Notes under the pieces: model-generated
What the model saw: only the letters and a program-made list of their open reading frames with translations
Databases searched by the model: none
What the model was told of the DNA's origin: nothing
DNA from: Candidatus Omnitrophota bacterium
GTDB lineage: Bacteria > Omnitrophota > Gorgyraeia > Zapsychrales > JANLHA01
Assembly (NCBI GenBank): GCA_963662715.1
Contig: OY759724.1
Coordinates: forward strand, 210,001-242,000
Length of the DNA: 32,000 nucleotides
Direction: 5' to 3'
Translations under genes and position numbers: made by a program
In this document: positions 17,228-25,888 of the stretch, in pieces
How the letters are laid out: each line of letters begins with the position of its first letter
How positions within the stretch are numbered: the first letter of the stretch is position 1

Positions 17228-18595
17228 TTACTTTCCCGCAGAAGAGGCATAAAGGAAAAGGGCTTTTCTCTGTGAAGAATCTTTGTATCGTGATACGGCT
17301 TGCGGGGAAGGAAGTTGAATGCTTTTGATATTCTTGCTTTTCAGATATTCTCTGGCGGCCTTATTTAATATCAGTTTCTTGTCTTGATACCCTATGATAA
17401 GCAACTGCGGGTTTTTCTTGCAGATCTTCCGGAGCAACGTCAAATTCATTCTATGGGATAACACTTTCTCATCCGAAGAAAGGCTGTTCTTAACTTTTTT
17501 GACCTTGCCGTCCGTCCGGATATAGACACTGCCCGGATAGGACTGCTGATGAATGATTATGCCGTTATCTGCCGCTAACTGAATATCCATGGCCTTGTCA
17601 CGGACGTCCGGGAGGGGACCTTTCTCATCCTGCTGCAATAAGGCCACGGCTCCCAAAATAACGGCAAAATCCCCTAACTGTGAAGGGACGATCCGGCAAT
17701 GGTCAACGCCTTTAAAAAAGGGATCTGCCGCGGAAACGCGCTTGACCTTCGGAAGCATATATTTGCCGCAGGCCTCTATCAACCCTCCGCCGAAGACGAT
17801 CATCTCGGGATTAAAAATATGGCGTAACGAAATACACGCTTTCCCCAAAACGACACAGACCTCATCAAGAATACGAAGGACATCCGGGTCCTTCCGCTTA
17901 ATAGCCTCAGCAATAACCGAACTTTTAACGAGGCCTTTTTTTTCTTTGACTAAACTCTTAATACCAGACTTCTTCTTTTTTCTAACAACGCTCCAGATCT
18001 CCCTTTCAATGGCCCGCCGGCTGGCTAAAGCTTCCAAAGAACCGTAAATGCCGGCGTTTTCCTTTCTGCTGTTATAGTCTAGAATCATATGCCCCAGTTC
18101 CCCTGCCGCCCCCTGTGCGCCGGAAACGAGTCTGCCGTCTATGATAATGGCTCCGCCGACACCGGTTCCGGGGAAAAGCCCCAGCACATGCCGCACATCC
18201 TTAGCAACCCCTAACCATTTTTCTCCCAGCAGGCCTAGGTTAACATCATTCTCCAAAATAACCTTAACACCAAAGTCCTTCTTCAGCTTTCTGCCCAGAG
18301 GGAAGCGGCTTAAATTCGTATTCGGAGTAACAAGAACTTCCGTATGATCCGGTTTGACGATTCCGGGTATCCCGACCCCTATACCGACAAAGCGGGCCTC
18401 CGGGACAGGCGACGCCTTCATCAATTCCCGGATCAAGGTCTTTATGGCCTGATATATTTGGGGGGACGTTGCATTTTGCGGAGTCTGGATCTTTTTCCGG
18501 CAGAGCAATTGCCCTTCCTGGGTGACCAGTCCCGCGGATATTTTCGTGCCGCCGATATCCACGCCTATATATACTGACTCTTTCATCACTGACAT
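17228..18595 (-). CDS. ROK-family sugar kinase fused to a C-terminal Mth938-like (DUF498) domain
   Basis: N-terminal GVDIGGTK, ENDVNLGLLGE and GTGVGGAIIIDGRLVSGAQGAAGELGHM are ROK/ASKHA motifs. Residues from about 335 to 455 (YPGSVYIRTDGKV...SHRMNLTLL...PQLLIIGYQDKKL...IQLPSPQAVSRYKD...ALFLYASS) follow the Mth938/DUF498 pattern. Start could be ATG 18586 instead of 18595. Confidence 0.85.
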   Translation of the reverse strand: MSVMKESVYIGVDIGGTKISAGLVTQEGQLLCRKKIQTPQNATSPQIYQAIKTLIRELMKASPVPEARFVGIGVGIPGIVKPDHTEVLVTPNTNLSRFPLGRKLKKDFGVKVILENDVNLGLLGEKWLGVAKDVRHVLGLFPGTGVGGAIIIDGRLVSGAQGAAGELGHMILDYNSRKENAGIYGSLEALASRRAIEREIWSVVRKKKKSGIKSLVKEKKGLVKSSVIAEAIKRKDPDVLRILDEVCVVLGKACISLRHIFNPEMIVFGGGLIEACGKYMLPKVKRVSAADPFFKGVDHCRIVPSQLGDFAVILGAVALLQQDEKGPLPDVRDKAMDIQLAADNGIIIHQQSYPGSVYIRTDGKVKKVKNSLSSDEKVLSHRMNLTLLRKICKKNPQLLIIGYQDKKLILNKAAREYLKSKNIKSIQLPSPQAVSRYKDSSQRKALFLYASSAGK

Positions 18596-18599
18596 CCTA

Positions 18600-19943
18600 T
18601 TAGACTGTTTCTTCTTCGGTTATCTTTAATTGTAATTCTTTTTGGAAAACTAATCTAAACAAATCGGATTTTTTTTCCACCCGTGCCTTTTCCCACTCGG
18701 AGAAATCATCTGCCCTTATCTCAAGAACAACCTGTCTTTTATCCACCCTTGCCCGCAAAGCTTTGACCGAATTCACGTGACGGCTGTCAAACCCGTCGGC
18801 CAATCTGAGAAGGGAAGCCAGTTTCTTCAGTTCCTCCTTCTTCCCGTCAGACAAATCCGAATAATATTTATGGGTGTTTTTCGGCAGAGCCCTTCTATGG
18901 TACCGTGCAACCAGCGCCACAATGACTTTCTCATCATAACTCAAAGGTAAATTGTAGGATTTCAGAATCATATCCCTGGACGTTTTATGATGACGGATCC
19001 GCCCTTTGATCCAGCCGATATCATGCAACAGGGAAGCCGACTGCAACAACAGGCGATGTCTGGGGGACAGCTGATGGAGGTCCGCCAGTCCGTCAAACAG
19101 CTGCAGCGTCAGTTGGGTCACCTGATGAGAATGCTCCTTTTCATATTCACACGATCTGGCCAGTTTTAAAACCTCCTGGATAACATCTTTTTCACTGGCC
19201 TGCCTCCAGACCTGGCGATTGATCTCATCTAGACTTTGACCTGTCTCAATGGAACGGATAATATCTTTAGGGAACTTTTTCTGCGTCATGGCCCGGATAA
19301 CGCTCTTAAGAGGATAGGAAATACGTCTGTTGCTGACACTGATCTTACGCCCGTCAATATCCATGACAACATATGAAGCGCGCGGGTCTCCGTCAAAAGG
19401 ACGTCCGACACTTCCTGGATTAACGAACCAGACATTCTTGATCTTTTTCAAAAAAAATTTGTGGGTGTGCCCGCATAAAATCAGGTCGGCATGACTTGTC
19501 TGCGCGAGCTGTTCAAATCTCTTCACTGGAGTATTGTCCTGCAAAGGTTCATCCATAGACTCCGGACTCCCGTGGGTCAATAAAATGTTCAACCCTTCTC
19601 TGGTGCATCGGACAGAACACGGCAAGTTCTGCAGATAATTCCGGGCTGGTTTTGACAGCTGTCGATACGTCCACTTGAATGAAAAATATTTTGACGGGGT
19701 CTTGCTGTTTTTCCATTTTCGCTGTTTTTGGGGGAATCTCAGGACATTCAGGTCGTAATTTCCGGCAATGCTGACCTGAGCTTGTTTCCGAATGACCTGA
19801 ATAACCTTCTGGGGCGCAGGTCCGTAGCCGACATAGTCGCCCAAAAACCATATCTCTTGAACGGACTGCGAACGGATATCACGCAGGACAGCCATTAAGG
19901 CTGGTAAATTGGCATGGGCATCAGCTAAAACGGCGACCTTCAT
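18600..19943 (-). CDS. metallophosphoesterase (YfcE/Metallophos_2-like) fused to a Ppx/GppA-type C-terminal HD module
   Basis: N-terminal half has DAHAN, GDYVGYG, GNYD, LTHGSP, CGHTH and NPGSVGRP (calcineurin-like phosphoesterase metal ligands). The C-terminal half is collinear with the C-terminus of the ppx product in this window (LHDIGW..HHKTS..VARYHRRALPKNTH..LASLLRLADGFD versus LHEIGM..HHKHS..VARYHRGAVPQKTH..LSSIIRLANALD). Confidence 0.8.
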   Translation of the reverse strand: MKVAVLADAHANLPALMAVLRDIRSQSVQEIWFLGDYVGYGPAPQKVIQVIRKQAQVSIAGNYDLNVLRFPQKQRKWKNSKTPSKYFSFKWTYRQLSKPARNYLQNLPCSVRCTREGLNILLTHGSPESMDEPLQDNTPVKRFEQLAQTSHADLILCGHTHKFFLKKIKNVWFVNPGSVGRPFDGDPRASYVVMDIDGRKISVSNRRISYPLKSVIRAMTQKKFPKDIIRSIETGQSLDEINRQVWRQASEKDVIQEVLKLARSCEYEKEHSHQVTQLTLQLFDGLADLHQLSPRHRLLLQSASLLHDIGWIKGRIRHHKTSRDMILKSYNLPLSYDEKVIVALVARYHRRALPKNTHKYYSDLSDGKKEELKKLASLLRLADGFDSRHVNSVKALRARVDKRQVVLEIRADDFSEWEKARVEKKSDLFRLVFQKELQLKITEEETV

Positions 19944-20848
19944 AATCCCCCGAACCAGGCATAGACATATTCACACATATTCTCAAAAGTGCGTTGCTCT
20001 TTCGCCTGTTGCCATCTTTCAAAAAATTGAATATATACGGTTTCTTTTTCCTTTTGAAGATACCCTTTGAGGAGTTTCCACAAATTTCGGGCAGCCTTTC
20101 CTTTCCCCGGGCTCCTTTGCTCCAAAATCATTATCTCTCGCAACCAAAGATCATAGTCATGAAAAACCCCCAATTGTCTGTGAAAAGTCAGCACGCTGTC
20201 GCTAAAGACATCCAACCCCTCATCGTACAGCAAAGATAATCCTTCCAGCGTATATCTCAGGTGCTTGGCGGCAATACGCATGTTGTGCAGGTCGTTGACC
20301 TTTTCCGGATATTGGGCGATGCCGTCAAATTCAACTAAACCAACGGCTCTTTTTTTGATTTTCTTATAAGCAAGCTTATAAATATCCGTTTCGCCCAAGT
20401 CCCTCACTCCGTCCCTGCTGTAATTCTCTATGTCCCGCCAAACCCGTTTGAGCTTTTTCTTGGCCAGCGCGTCGCCCATCCGGCGCTGCAACCGCTTTTT
20501 TTTATCATTTAATACAAACAAGGCCTCTTCCAGTATTTCCAGTTGTTCTTTCCTGTCGGTTCTTGTCCGGTACCCGTCCAAAAAAATAACAAACACATCC
20601 AAATCCCGGCCGGCAGACGTCGCTCCGGCGAGTTTACGCAGCTGATCATTCCAGGCCTCCCGCCGTTTGCGGGGGAAGACGTCCTTCCATATCCACAGGG
20701 CATTTCGCAGCCGTCTGATATTAACGCGCAGTTGATGCAGCGATTCGACATCCCCTGCCTCAACCCCCGGGATGGCCTTCTCAATCCTTTTGACATGCTT
20801 CAAAAGGCATTGCTCCGTTAATTGTCGTGTTAATGTTTTATCCTTCAT
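19940..20848 (-). CDS. CHAD domain-containing protein
   Basis: 302-aa helical ORF with the two CHAD signature helices LHQLRVNIRRLRNAL and LHNMRIAAKHLRYTLE. Overlaps ppk1 by 11 nt and the downstream gene by 4 nt. Confidence 0.75.
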   Translation of the reverse strand: MKDKTLTRQLTEQCLLKHVKRIEKAIPGVEAGDVESLHQLRVNIRRLRNALWIWKDVFPRKRREAWNDQLRKLAGATSAGRDLDVFVIFLDGYRTRTDRKEQLEILEEALFVLNDKKKRLQRRMGDALAKKKLKRVWRDIENYSRDGVRDLGETDIYKLAYKKIKKRAVGLVEFDGIAQYPEKVNDLHNMRIAAKHLRYTLEGLSLLYDEGLDVFSDSVLTFHRQLGVFHDYDLWLREIMILEQRSPGKGKAARNLWKLLKGYLQKEKETVYIQFFERWQQAKEQRTFENMCEYVYAWFGGL

Positions 20849-22871
20849 AATGTTTGATCATTTCATGCTGAATATCTTTATCATCTTCTTTGCCTTTGAG
20901 TTTTTCGTATTTCCCGTCAGGACAAAGGCGCCAGGACTTCTTGTGGTCTTTCCAATAGAGCTCCAGCAGGGACTTTAAATGCTCTTTGATATCTTCCTTG
21001 TATATTTCAAACAACAGCTCAACGCGCCCGTCAAAGTTTCTTCTCATCCAATCAGCCGATGATAAGAAAATCCGGGCATTATCATTGTTGTTGAACAAAA
21101 ACATCCTCGTGTGCTCCAGAAAACGGCCGACGGTACTTTTAACCTCAATATTATCACTGAGCCCCTGAACTTCCGGGATTAAACAACAGATGCCTCTCAC
21201 GATGAGCTTCACCTTAACGCCTGCCTTTGACGCGGAATACAGTTTTTCAATAATACGGGGATCTTCCAGCGAATTCATTTTGGCCAGGATCAGGCCGTTT
21301 TTATTTTTCTTCTGAAATTTCATCTCCCGTTCAATGAGAGAAAACAAATATTCGCGCAGGTCATTGGGGGCAGAAATGATCCGCTCCCATCCTGTCGGCA
21401 TGGAATAGCCGGTAATAACATTAAAAATTTCCGACACATCCCTGGCAAAGTCATCATTGGCGGTAAAATAGCCGATATCCGTATAAATTCTCGCAGTTTT
21501 CTCGTTATAATTTCCCGTAGAAAGATGCACATATCTTTGAATCTGTGCGTTCTCTTCCCGGACGATCAACGCCATCTTGGAATGAACCTTATATCCGGGG
21601 ATACCGTAAATGACATGGCACCCGGCTTCTTCCAGCTCCCGGCTCCATTTGATATTGCTCTCTTCGTCAAATCTGGCCTTAATTTCCACAAGAATCGTCA
21701 CCTGTTTTCGGTTCGCAGCCGCCTCTTTAAGGGCATCAATAATCGCCGAATCATTATTCGTGCGATACAGCGTCATTTTGATCGCCAGGACATGCGGATC
21801 TTTCGCGGCTGTGCGGATAAGGTCCACTGTGGGGTAAAAAGACTGAAACGGGAGATGCGTTATAAAATCGCCCTCTTTCATTCTTTCAAAAATATTCTCA
21901 TACTCAATCTTTCCGGGTAAATATCCCGGGAAACAAAACTCCGGCCGGTCAACCTGCCTGATCAGATCAAACAGCAGCGTCAAGTCCAGATCGTTATCAA
22001 GGAACAACACATCTTCCTTGGGAAACTCCAGGCCTTCCGAAAGCATCGCCAACACACTGGCATTGGCGACCTGTTCGGCCTGAACGCTGACAACATGAGC
22101 CACCTTTCTCTTTTTGACCTCTCCTTCAATGGTCTTAAGAAGATTGGGAGAGAACTCTTCGTCCACATCCAGCTCACTGTCCCGCATGACCCGGAACAGG
22201 AAAAAATTCTTAATCTTATATCCTTTAAAAAAAGACCCGAGATGCTGCCGGATAATGTTATCCACCAGAAAAAACACGTAATCCTTCTTGCCCGACGGCA
22301 ACCGGATAACCCGCGGGACATTCTGCGGAACCGGAACGATCGCCAGATGTTCGCTCCCTTTCTGTTTGAGGCCGACCGCAAAAGCCATGGTCTTTGAAGG
22401 CAGAATCGGGAAAGGGTGTCCGGGGTCTACGGCTAAAGGGGTGATAATAGGGTAAAGGATCGTTTGGAAATATTCCTCAATAAACCTTTTTTGTTCTTTG
22501 TTCAAATCCTTATACTGCTTGACATATATCCGGTTCTTTTCCAGTTCCGGGGAAAACACCTTTTGATATATTTCATAAGATTTTTTAATAAGGTTCGTGG
22601 AGACCCTCTTTGTCTCATGCAGGACATCAACGGAATAATGCCCGAAAGCATCAACCTGGTTTACCTGAGCGCTTATCAAATTCTGCAGACCGGCGATACG
22701 CACCATAAAAAATTCGTCAAAATTATTGGCAAAAATCGCCAGAAATTTTATGCGCTCCAGCAGAGGATGCGACGGGTCCAGACATTCCTCCAGAACCCGG
22801 GCGTTGAACTGCAGCCAGCTTAAATCCCGGGGAATAAACCGGCTGTCCTCACGTATTTCTAAATGGGTCAT
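20838..22871 (-). CDS. ppk1: polyphosphate kinase 1
   Basis: 677-aa ORF with N-terminal FIPRDLSWLQFNARVLEE...FLAIFANNFDEFFMVRIA, and PLD-like C-terminal repeats YKVHSKMALIV and GRFLEHTRMFLF, all characteristic of PPK1. Confidence 0.95.
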   Translation of the reverse strand: MTHLEIREDSRFIPRDLSWLQFNARVLEECLDPSHPLLERIKFLAIFANNFDEFFMVRIAGLQNLISAQVNQVDAFGHYSVDVLHETKRVSTNLIKKSYEIYQKVFSPELEKNRIYVKQYKDLNKEQKRFIEEYFQTILYPIITPLAVDPGHPFPILPSKTMAFAVGLKQKGSEHLAIVPVPQNVPRVIRLPSGKKDYVFFLVDNIIRQHLGSFFKGYKIKNFFLFRVMRDSELDVDEEFSPNLLKTIEGEVKKRKVAHVVSVQAEQVANASVLAMLSEGLEFPKEDVLFLDNDLDLTLLFDLIRQVDRPEFCFPGYLPGKIEYENIFERMKEGDFITHLPFQSFYPTVDLIRTAAKDPHVLAIKMTLYRTNNDSAIIDALKEAAANRKQVTILVEIKARFDEESNIKWSRELEEAGCHVIYGIPGYKVHSKMALIVREENAQIQRYVHLSTGNYNEKTARIYTDIGYFTANDDFARDVSEIFNVITGYSMPTGWERIISAPNDLREYLFSLIEREMKFQKKNKNGLILAKMNSLEDPRIIEKLYSASKAGVKVKLIVRGICCLIPEVQGLSDNIEVKSTVGRFLEHTRMFLFNNNDNARIFLSSADWMRRNFDGRVELLFEIYKEDIKEHLKSLLELYWKDHKKSWRLCPDGKYEKLKGKEDDKDIQHEMIKHYEG

Positions 22872-22873
22872 GG

Positions 22874-24415
22874 TTAAACAGGCTTTCTGATAACAAGTTT
22901 AATATCATTCCCGGAAAGCTCCTCAAAGAGCCGCTTCCGTTCGTTAAAATAGACGTTTTCCAGCGTCATCCCTTCATTCGTATAGGCGATCAGGGTAATG
23001 TCCCCTTTAGCGTTCCTTTTAAAATCGACTTTCTTTATCTTTTGCTTTTCCGAGCCATCCAGCGCATTGGCCAGCCTTATGATAGAGCTCAGCTTTTGAA
23101 CGACGAGCTGTTCTTCATTAGGAAGGCTGCCGTAAAGAACGTGCGTTTTCTGCGGGACAGCCCCCCGATGATAGCGTGCCACACAGGCAATGCATTTGAT
23201 CTCATGCGCGGTCAGCCGAAAAAGGCTCAAAGCGTTGATGATATACTCACTGTGTTTATGATGCCCCCGCGGATTGATGAGCATTCCTATTTCATGCAAA
23301 TACGCGGCCAACCTCAAGTACAATAAATGCCGGTCCTCTAACCCCAGCGCCGCCCCGACGTGGTTAAAAATCTCTTCAGACAAATAGGAGATATATTTCG
23401 CGTGTTTCAAATCCGAATTATACTTGCGGCACAAAAATTTTGCCACCGAAACAAGCTGATTCTCCCGGTGGTATTTCTGGTCCAATTCAAGCCCCAGGAT
23501 CGTATGCGCCAACAGGGCCTCCGAAAGGGATGTTTCGAGGATATAAATAGACCGCTTGGAGGTCAACTTGAAAAGCTTGTGCAGAATCACAGCATACCCG
23601 TCCAGAGAACTGGCCGTATCCGTGGAAATATTGTACTTCTGGGCCAAGTCATCCAGGTTCCCGCTCGTGACAAGGGAAAGGAATTCTTTGGACTCCCTGA
23701 ACTGCAGCTGAAAAAAATTGCTGCCCAGCTTCTTATGCGAAAGGATATTATGAAGAGCCACGGAATAGCTTTCATCGACCAGGATCACATCATCTATGTG
23801 GATATGGAAAAAAAACTTTTTGATGTTGAGAAGCTCATGTTCGACATACTCTTCCAGGGCCTCGTAAGTTTGCTTCTGGCTTCCGTCAATTCTGTTTTTA
23901 AATTTTTTCAATCTCAACGTTCCTATCGGAAGGCCTTGAGTGACCAGAGCAAAACCTTTCTCCAGCATCGACAAATCCAGGCTCCCCGCCCCCAGTTCGG
24001 CAATGATAAGATTTTTTTCATTGATCGGATAGGACTTCTTAAGCCGGTAAGACAGGTACGCATCAATATAATAAACGACATCACCGACATTTAAAACTTC
24101 AATGTCCAGCCCGGTCCTCCTTCGGATGGTATCCAGGAAAATGTCTTTATTTTCCGCCTCCCTTACCGCAGTCGTTGCGATGACCTTGATATCCGTCACC
24201 CGGTAATCAGAAATAACTTTCTTATACTGATTTAAGACATGAATACTCTGATTGACGATATCCTGAGTAATACGCCCCTGATAAAAAGTGCTTATTCCAA
24301 AACCGATGATATTCTTCAACGACTCTAGAATCTTGAATTCCTCTCCGCTCTTTTCCCCAATAATAAGTTTGGTGGAATTCGATCCGATGTCAATAACAGC
24401 TGCTCTCATAATCAT
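22874..24415 (-). CDS. ppx: Ppx/GppA-family exopolyphosphatase
   Basis: ASKHA motifs AVIDIGSNSTKLII and ELGAGSLDLS, plus a C-terminal HD module (LHEIGM, HHKHS, ARYHR). Stop is 2 nt before the ppk1 ATG. Start may be the third codon (ATG 24409), which has better GAGGA spacing. Confidence 0.9.
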   Translation of the reverse strand: MIMRAAVIDIGSNSTKLIIGEKSGEEFKILESLKNIIGFGISTFYQGRITQDIVNQSIHVLNQYKKVISDYRVTDIKVIATTAVREAENKDIFLDTIRRRTGLDIEVLNVGDVVYYIDAYLSYRLKKSYPINEKNLIIAELGAGSLDLSMLEKGFALVTQGLPIGTLRLKKFKNRIDGSQKQTYEALEEYVEHELLNIKKFFFHIHIDDVILVDESYSVALHNILSHKKLGSNFFQLQFRESKEFLSLVTSGNLDDLAQKYNISTDTASSLDGYAVILHKLFKLTSKRSIYILETSLSEALLAHTILGLELDQKYHRENQLVSVAKFLCRKYNSDLKHAKYISYLSEEIFNHVGAALGLEDRHLLYLRLAAYLHEIGMLINPRGHHKHSEYIINALSLFRLTAHEIKCIACVARYHRGAVPQKTHVLYGSLPNEEQLVVQKLSSIIRLANALDGSEKQKIKKVDFKRNAKGDITLIAYTNEGMTLENVYFNERKRLFEELSGNDIKLVIRKPV

Positions 24416-24780
24416 TTGTCCTCAATTGTTCAATTTGATTGTTCCGGCCCCGGAGCACAGCATCATGGATGTTTTAAAACGCCGAAATATTTATTATGCG
24501 GTTCCGGGAGGGAAAAATCAAACAAATTCTCACAGCCCGGACAACGCGACCAATAACACCCCGTCCAAACGGTCATCTGCACGGCCGGACGGGTGACGCC
24601 ACAGCGAAAACATCGGGACAACAATACGGCCGGGTATCGAAGACGGGTATAATGGGATTTTTATAATAGTAACACAAAATGATCAATATAATAAACTCAT
24701 TATTACTCAACCGCCCGCTTTTATGAAGATCAGCAAAATTAAAGCATCGGGCAGGGGGATATCACGCGATTATCTCTGAA

Positions 24781-24832
24781 TAATATAGGTATGACATGAA
24801 GGGAAAGTGAAGCCCAAGAAAAAAGTGTGTGA
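24781..24832 (-). promoter_or_regulatory. second Pho-box array plus -10 element, upstream of the ppx-ppk1 operon
   Basis: Minus strand reads TTCACA(24832-24827)-N5-TTTTCT(24821-24816)-N5-TTCACT(24810-24805)-N5-TTCATG(24799-24794), then 7 nt, then TATATT (24786-24781). The 11-bp phasing and 7-nt distance to the -10 match the pst promoter. The core TTCACTTTCCCTTCATG matches TTCACATTCCCTTCATT there at 15 of 17 positions. Confidence 0.5.
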
Positions 24833-24963
24833 ATTCTTGTTAAAACACCCTGTCAACGAAGATAAGGCCGGGAGAGATCGCAATTACAAGGCTCGGAAGG
24901 ATTAAACGCGGAATTTCAAGGCCCCGGGATTGAACAGGATAAATTCGGGGTGGCAGAAGGTTC

Positions 24964-25698
24964 CTACTGGCGTTTCCTGATACAATTCCTTCCGGCCCGT
25001 TTGGCATCATACAAGGCTTCATCGGTAAGTTTAAGCAGTTTATTGACAGTCTCAACGTTGCCCTCATTAGAAGAGATGCCGAAACTGGCCGTGACTTTGA
25101 TCTTTTTCTCTTTATAGTAAAACTGCGTCTTCTCGATAATAGTTTTTAATTTATTGGCGAGGATTTCCGCGTTATTCATATTCGTATGCATACACACAAC
25201 GAGAAACTCTTCTCCGCCGAAACGTCCGAAATAGTCCGTTCTCCGGATATTATTTAAGATTTTCCAGGAAAAGTTCTGCAGGACATAATCACCGGCGTCA
25301 TGCCCGTATTTATCATTAATCTTTTTAAAATGGTCCAGATCAATCAAGATCACGGAAAAGGGGAATTTATACCTCTGCCCCGACAAAAAGGCGCTCTCGA
25401 GGAGCTCTATGATATATCTTCGATTAAATATTTCCGTCAAAAAATCCGTGCGGCTCGCTTTCTCCAGGAGGTCTTTTGTTATGTTTAATTCATCAATTAA
25501 ATTCAGCAAGTAAATCGTGATCACCGGCGTTAAGACAATCGGGGCCATAATGGAAATATAGATAGCCCCTCTAAATCCGATTGTGTCGAGTCTGAAAATA
25601 ATAAAGATAAACGTCGTGAGCAACACGGAAATCAGGACGCAAATGATCGTAATAAGAATGGATTTGAGCAAAGTAACTTTTGTGCGCTTGAAAAGCAT
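24964..25698 (-). CDS. membrane-anchored GGDEF diguanylate cyclase
   Basis: Two to three N-terminal TM helices, then a GGDEF domain with active-site GGEEF and an RxxD I-site (RRTD) five residues upstream. Confidence 0.9.
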   Translation of the reverse strand: MLFKRTKVTLLKSILITIICVLISVLLTTFIFIIFRLDTIGFRGAIYISIMAPIVLTPVITIYLLNLIDELNITKDLLEKASRTDFLTEIFNRRYIIELLESAFLSGQRYKFPFSVILIDLDHFKKINDKYGHDAGDYVLQNFSWKILNNIRRTDYFGRFGGEEFLVVCMHTNMNNAEILANKLKTIIEKTQFYYKEKKIKVTASFGISSNEGNVETVNKLLKLTDEALYDAKRAGRNCIRKRQ

Positions 25699-25888
25699 GG
25701 GATGGCTCCTCGGGAAACAAAAACAGGGAGATCAGAATTTATCCAGCAAAACACCTAAGCAAAATAAAATATAATTAAATAGTAGTACGTTATCTTCAAA
25801 AAGTCTATGACCTTGTGATCTTTCTTTATCATGGCAGGGAAAATACCGTGGGGACAAAATCAGGGATGGGTCATTCGCGACGGAAGGG

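Noticed and set aside
12368-22381. Alternative-frame minus-strand ORFs nested in larger genes (12368-12655, 12504-12686, 14060-14430, 19549-19851, 20509-20796, 21980-22381, and similar).
   Set aside because: Each is fully contained in a longer ORF with clear family motifs or membrane-protein character. They are Arg/Cys/Pro/Gly-rich, as expected for off-frame translation.
23360-24094. 244-aa plus-strand ORF, together with the other plus-strand ORFs in the track (for example 825-1100, 1434-1805, 7888-8340, 9095-9535, 17589-18047, 21525-21920, 26265-26639).
   Set aside because: All lie antisense inside minus-strand genes that carry strong family signatures. They lack an RBS and have low-complexity, Arg/Ile/Phe-rich, non-protein-like composition, so they are shadow ORFs.
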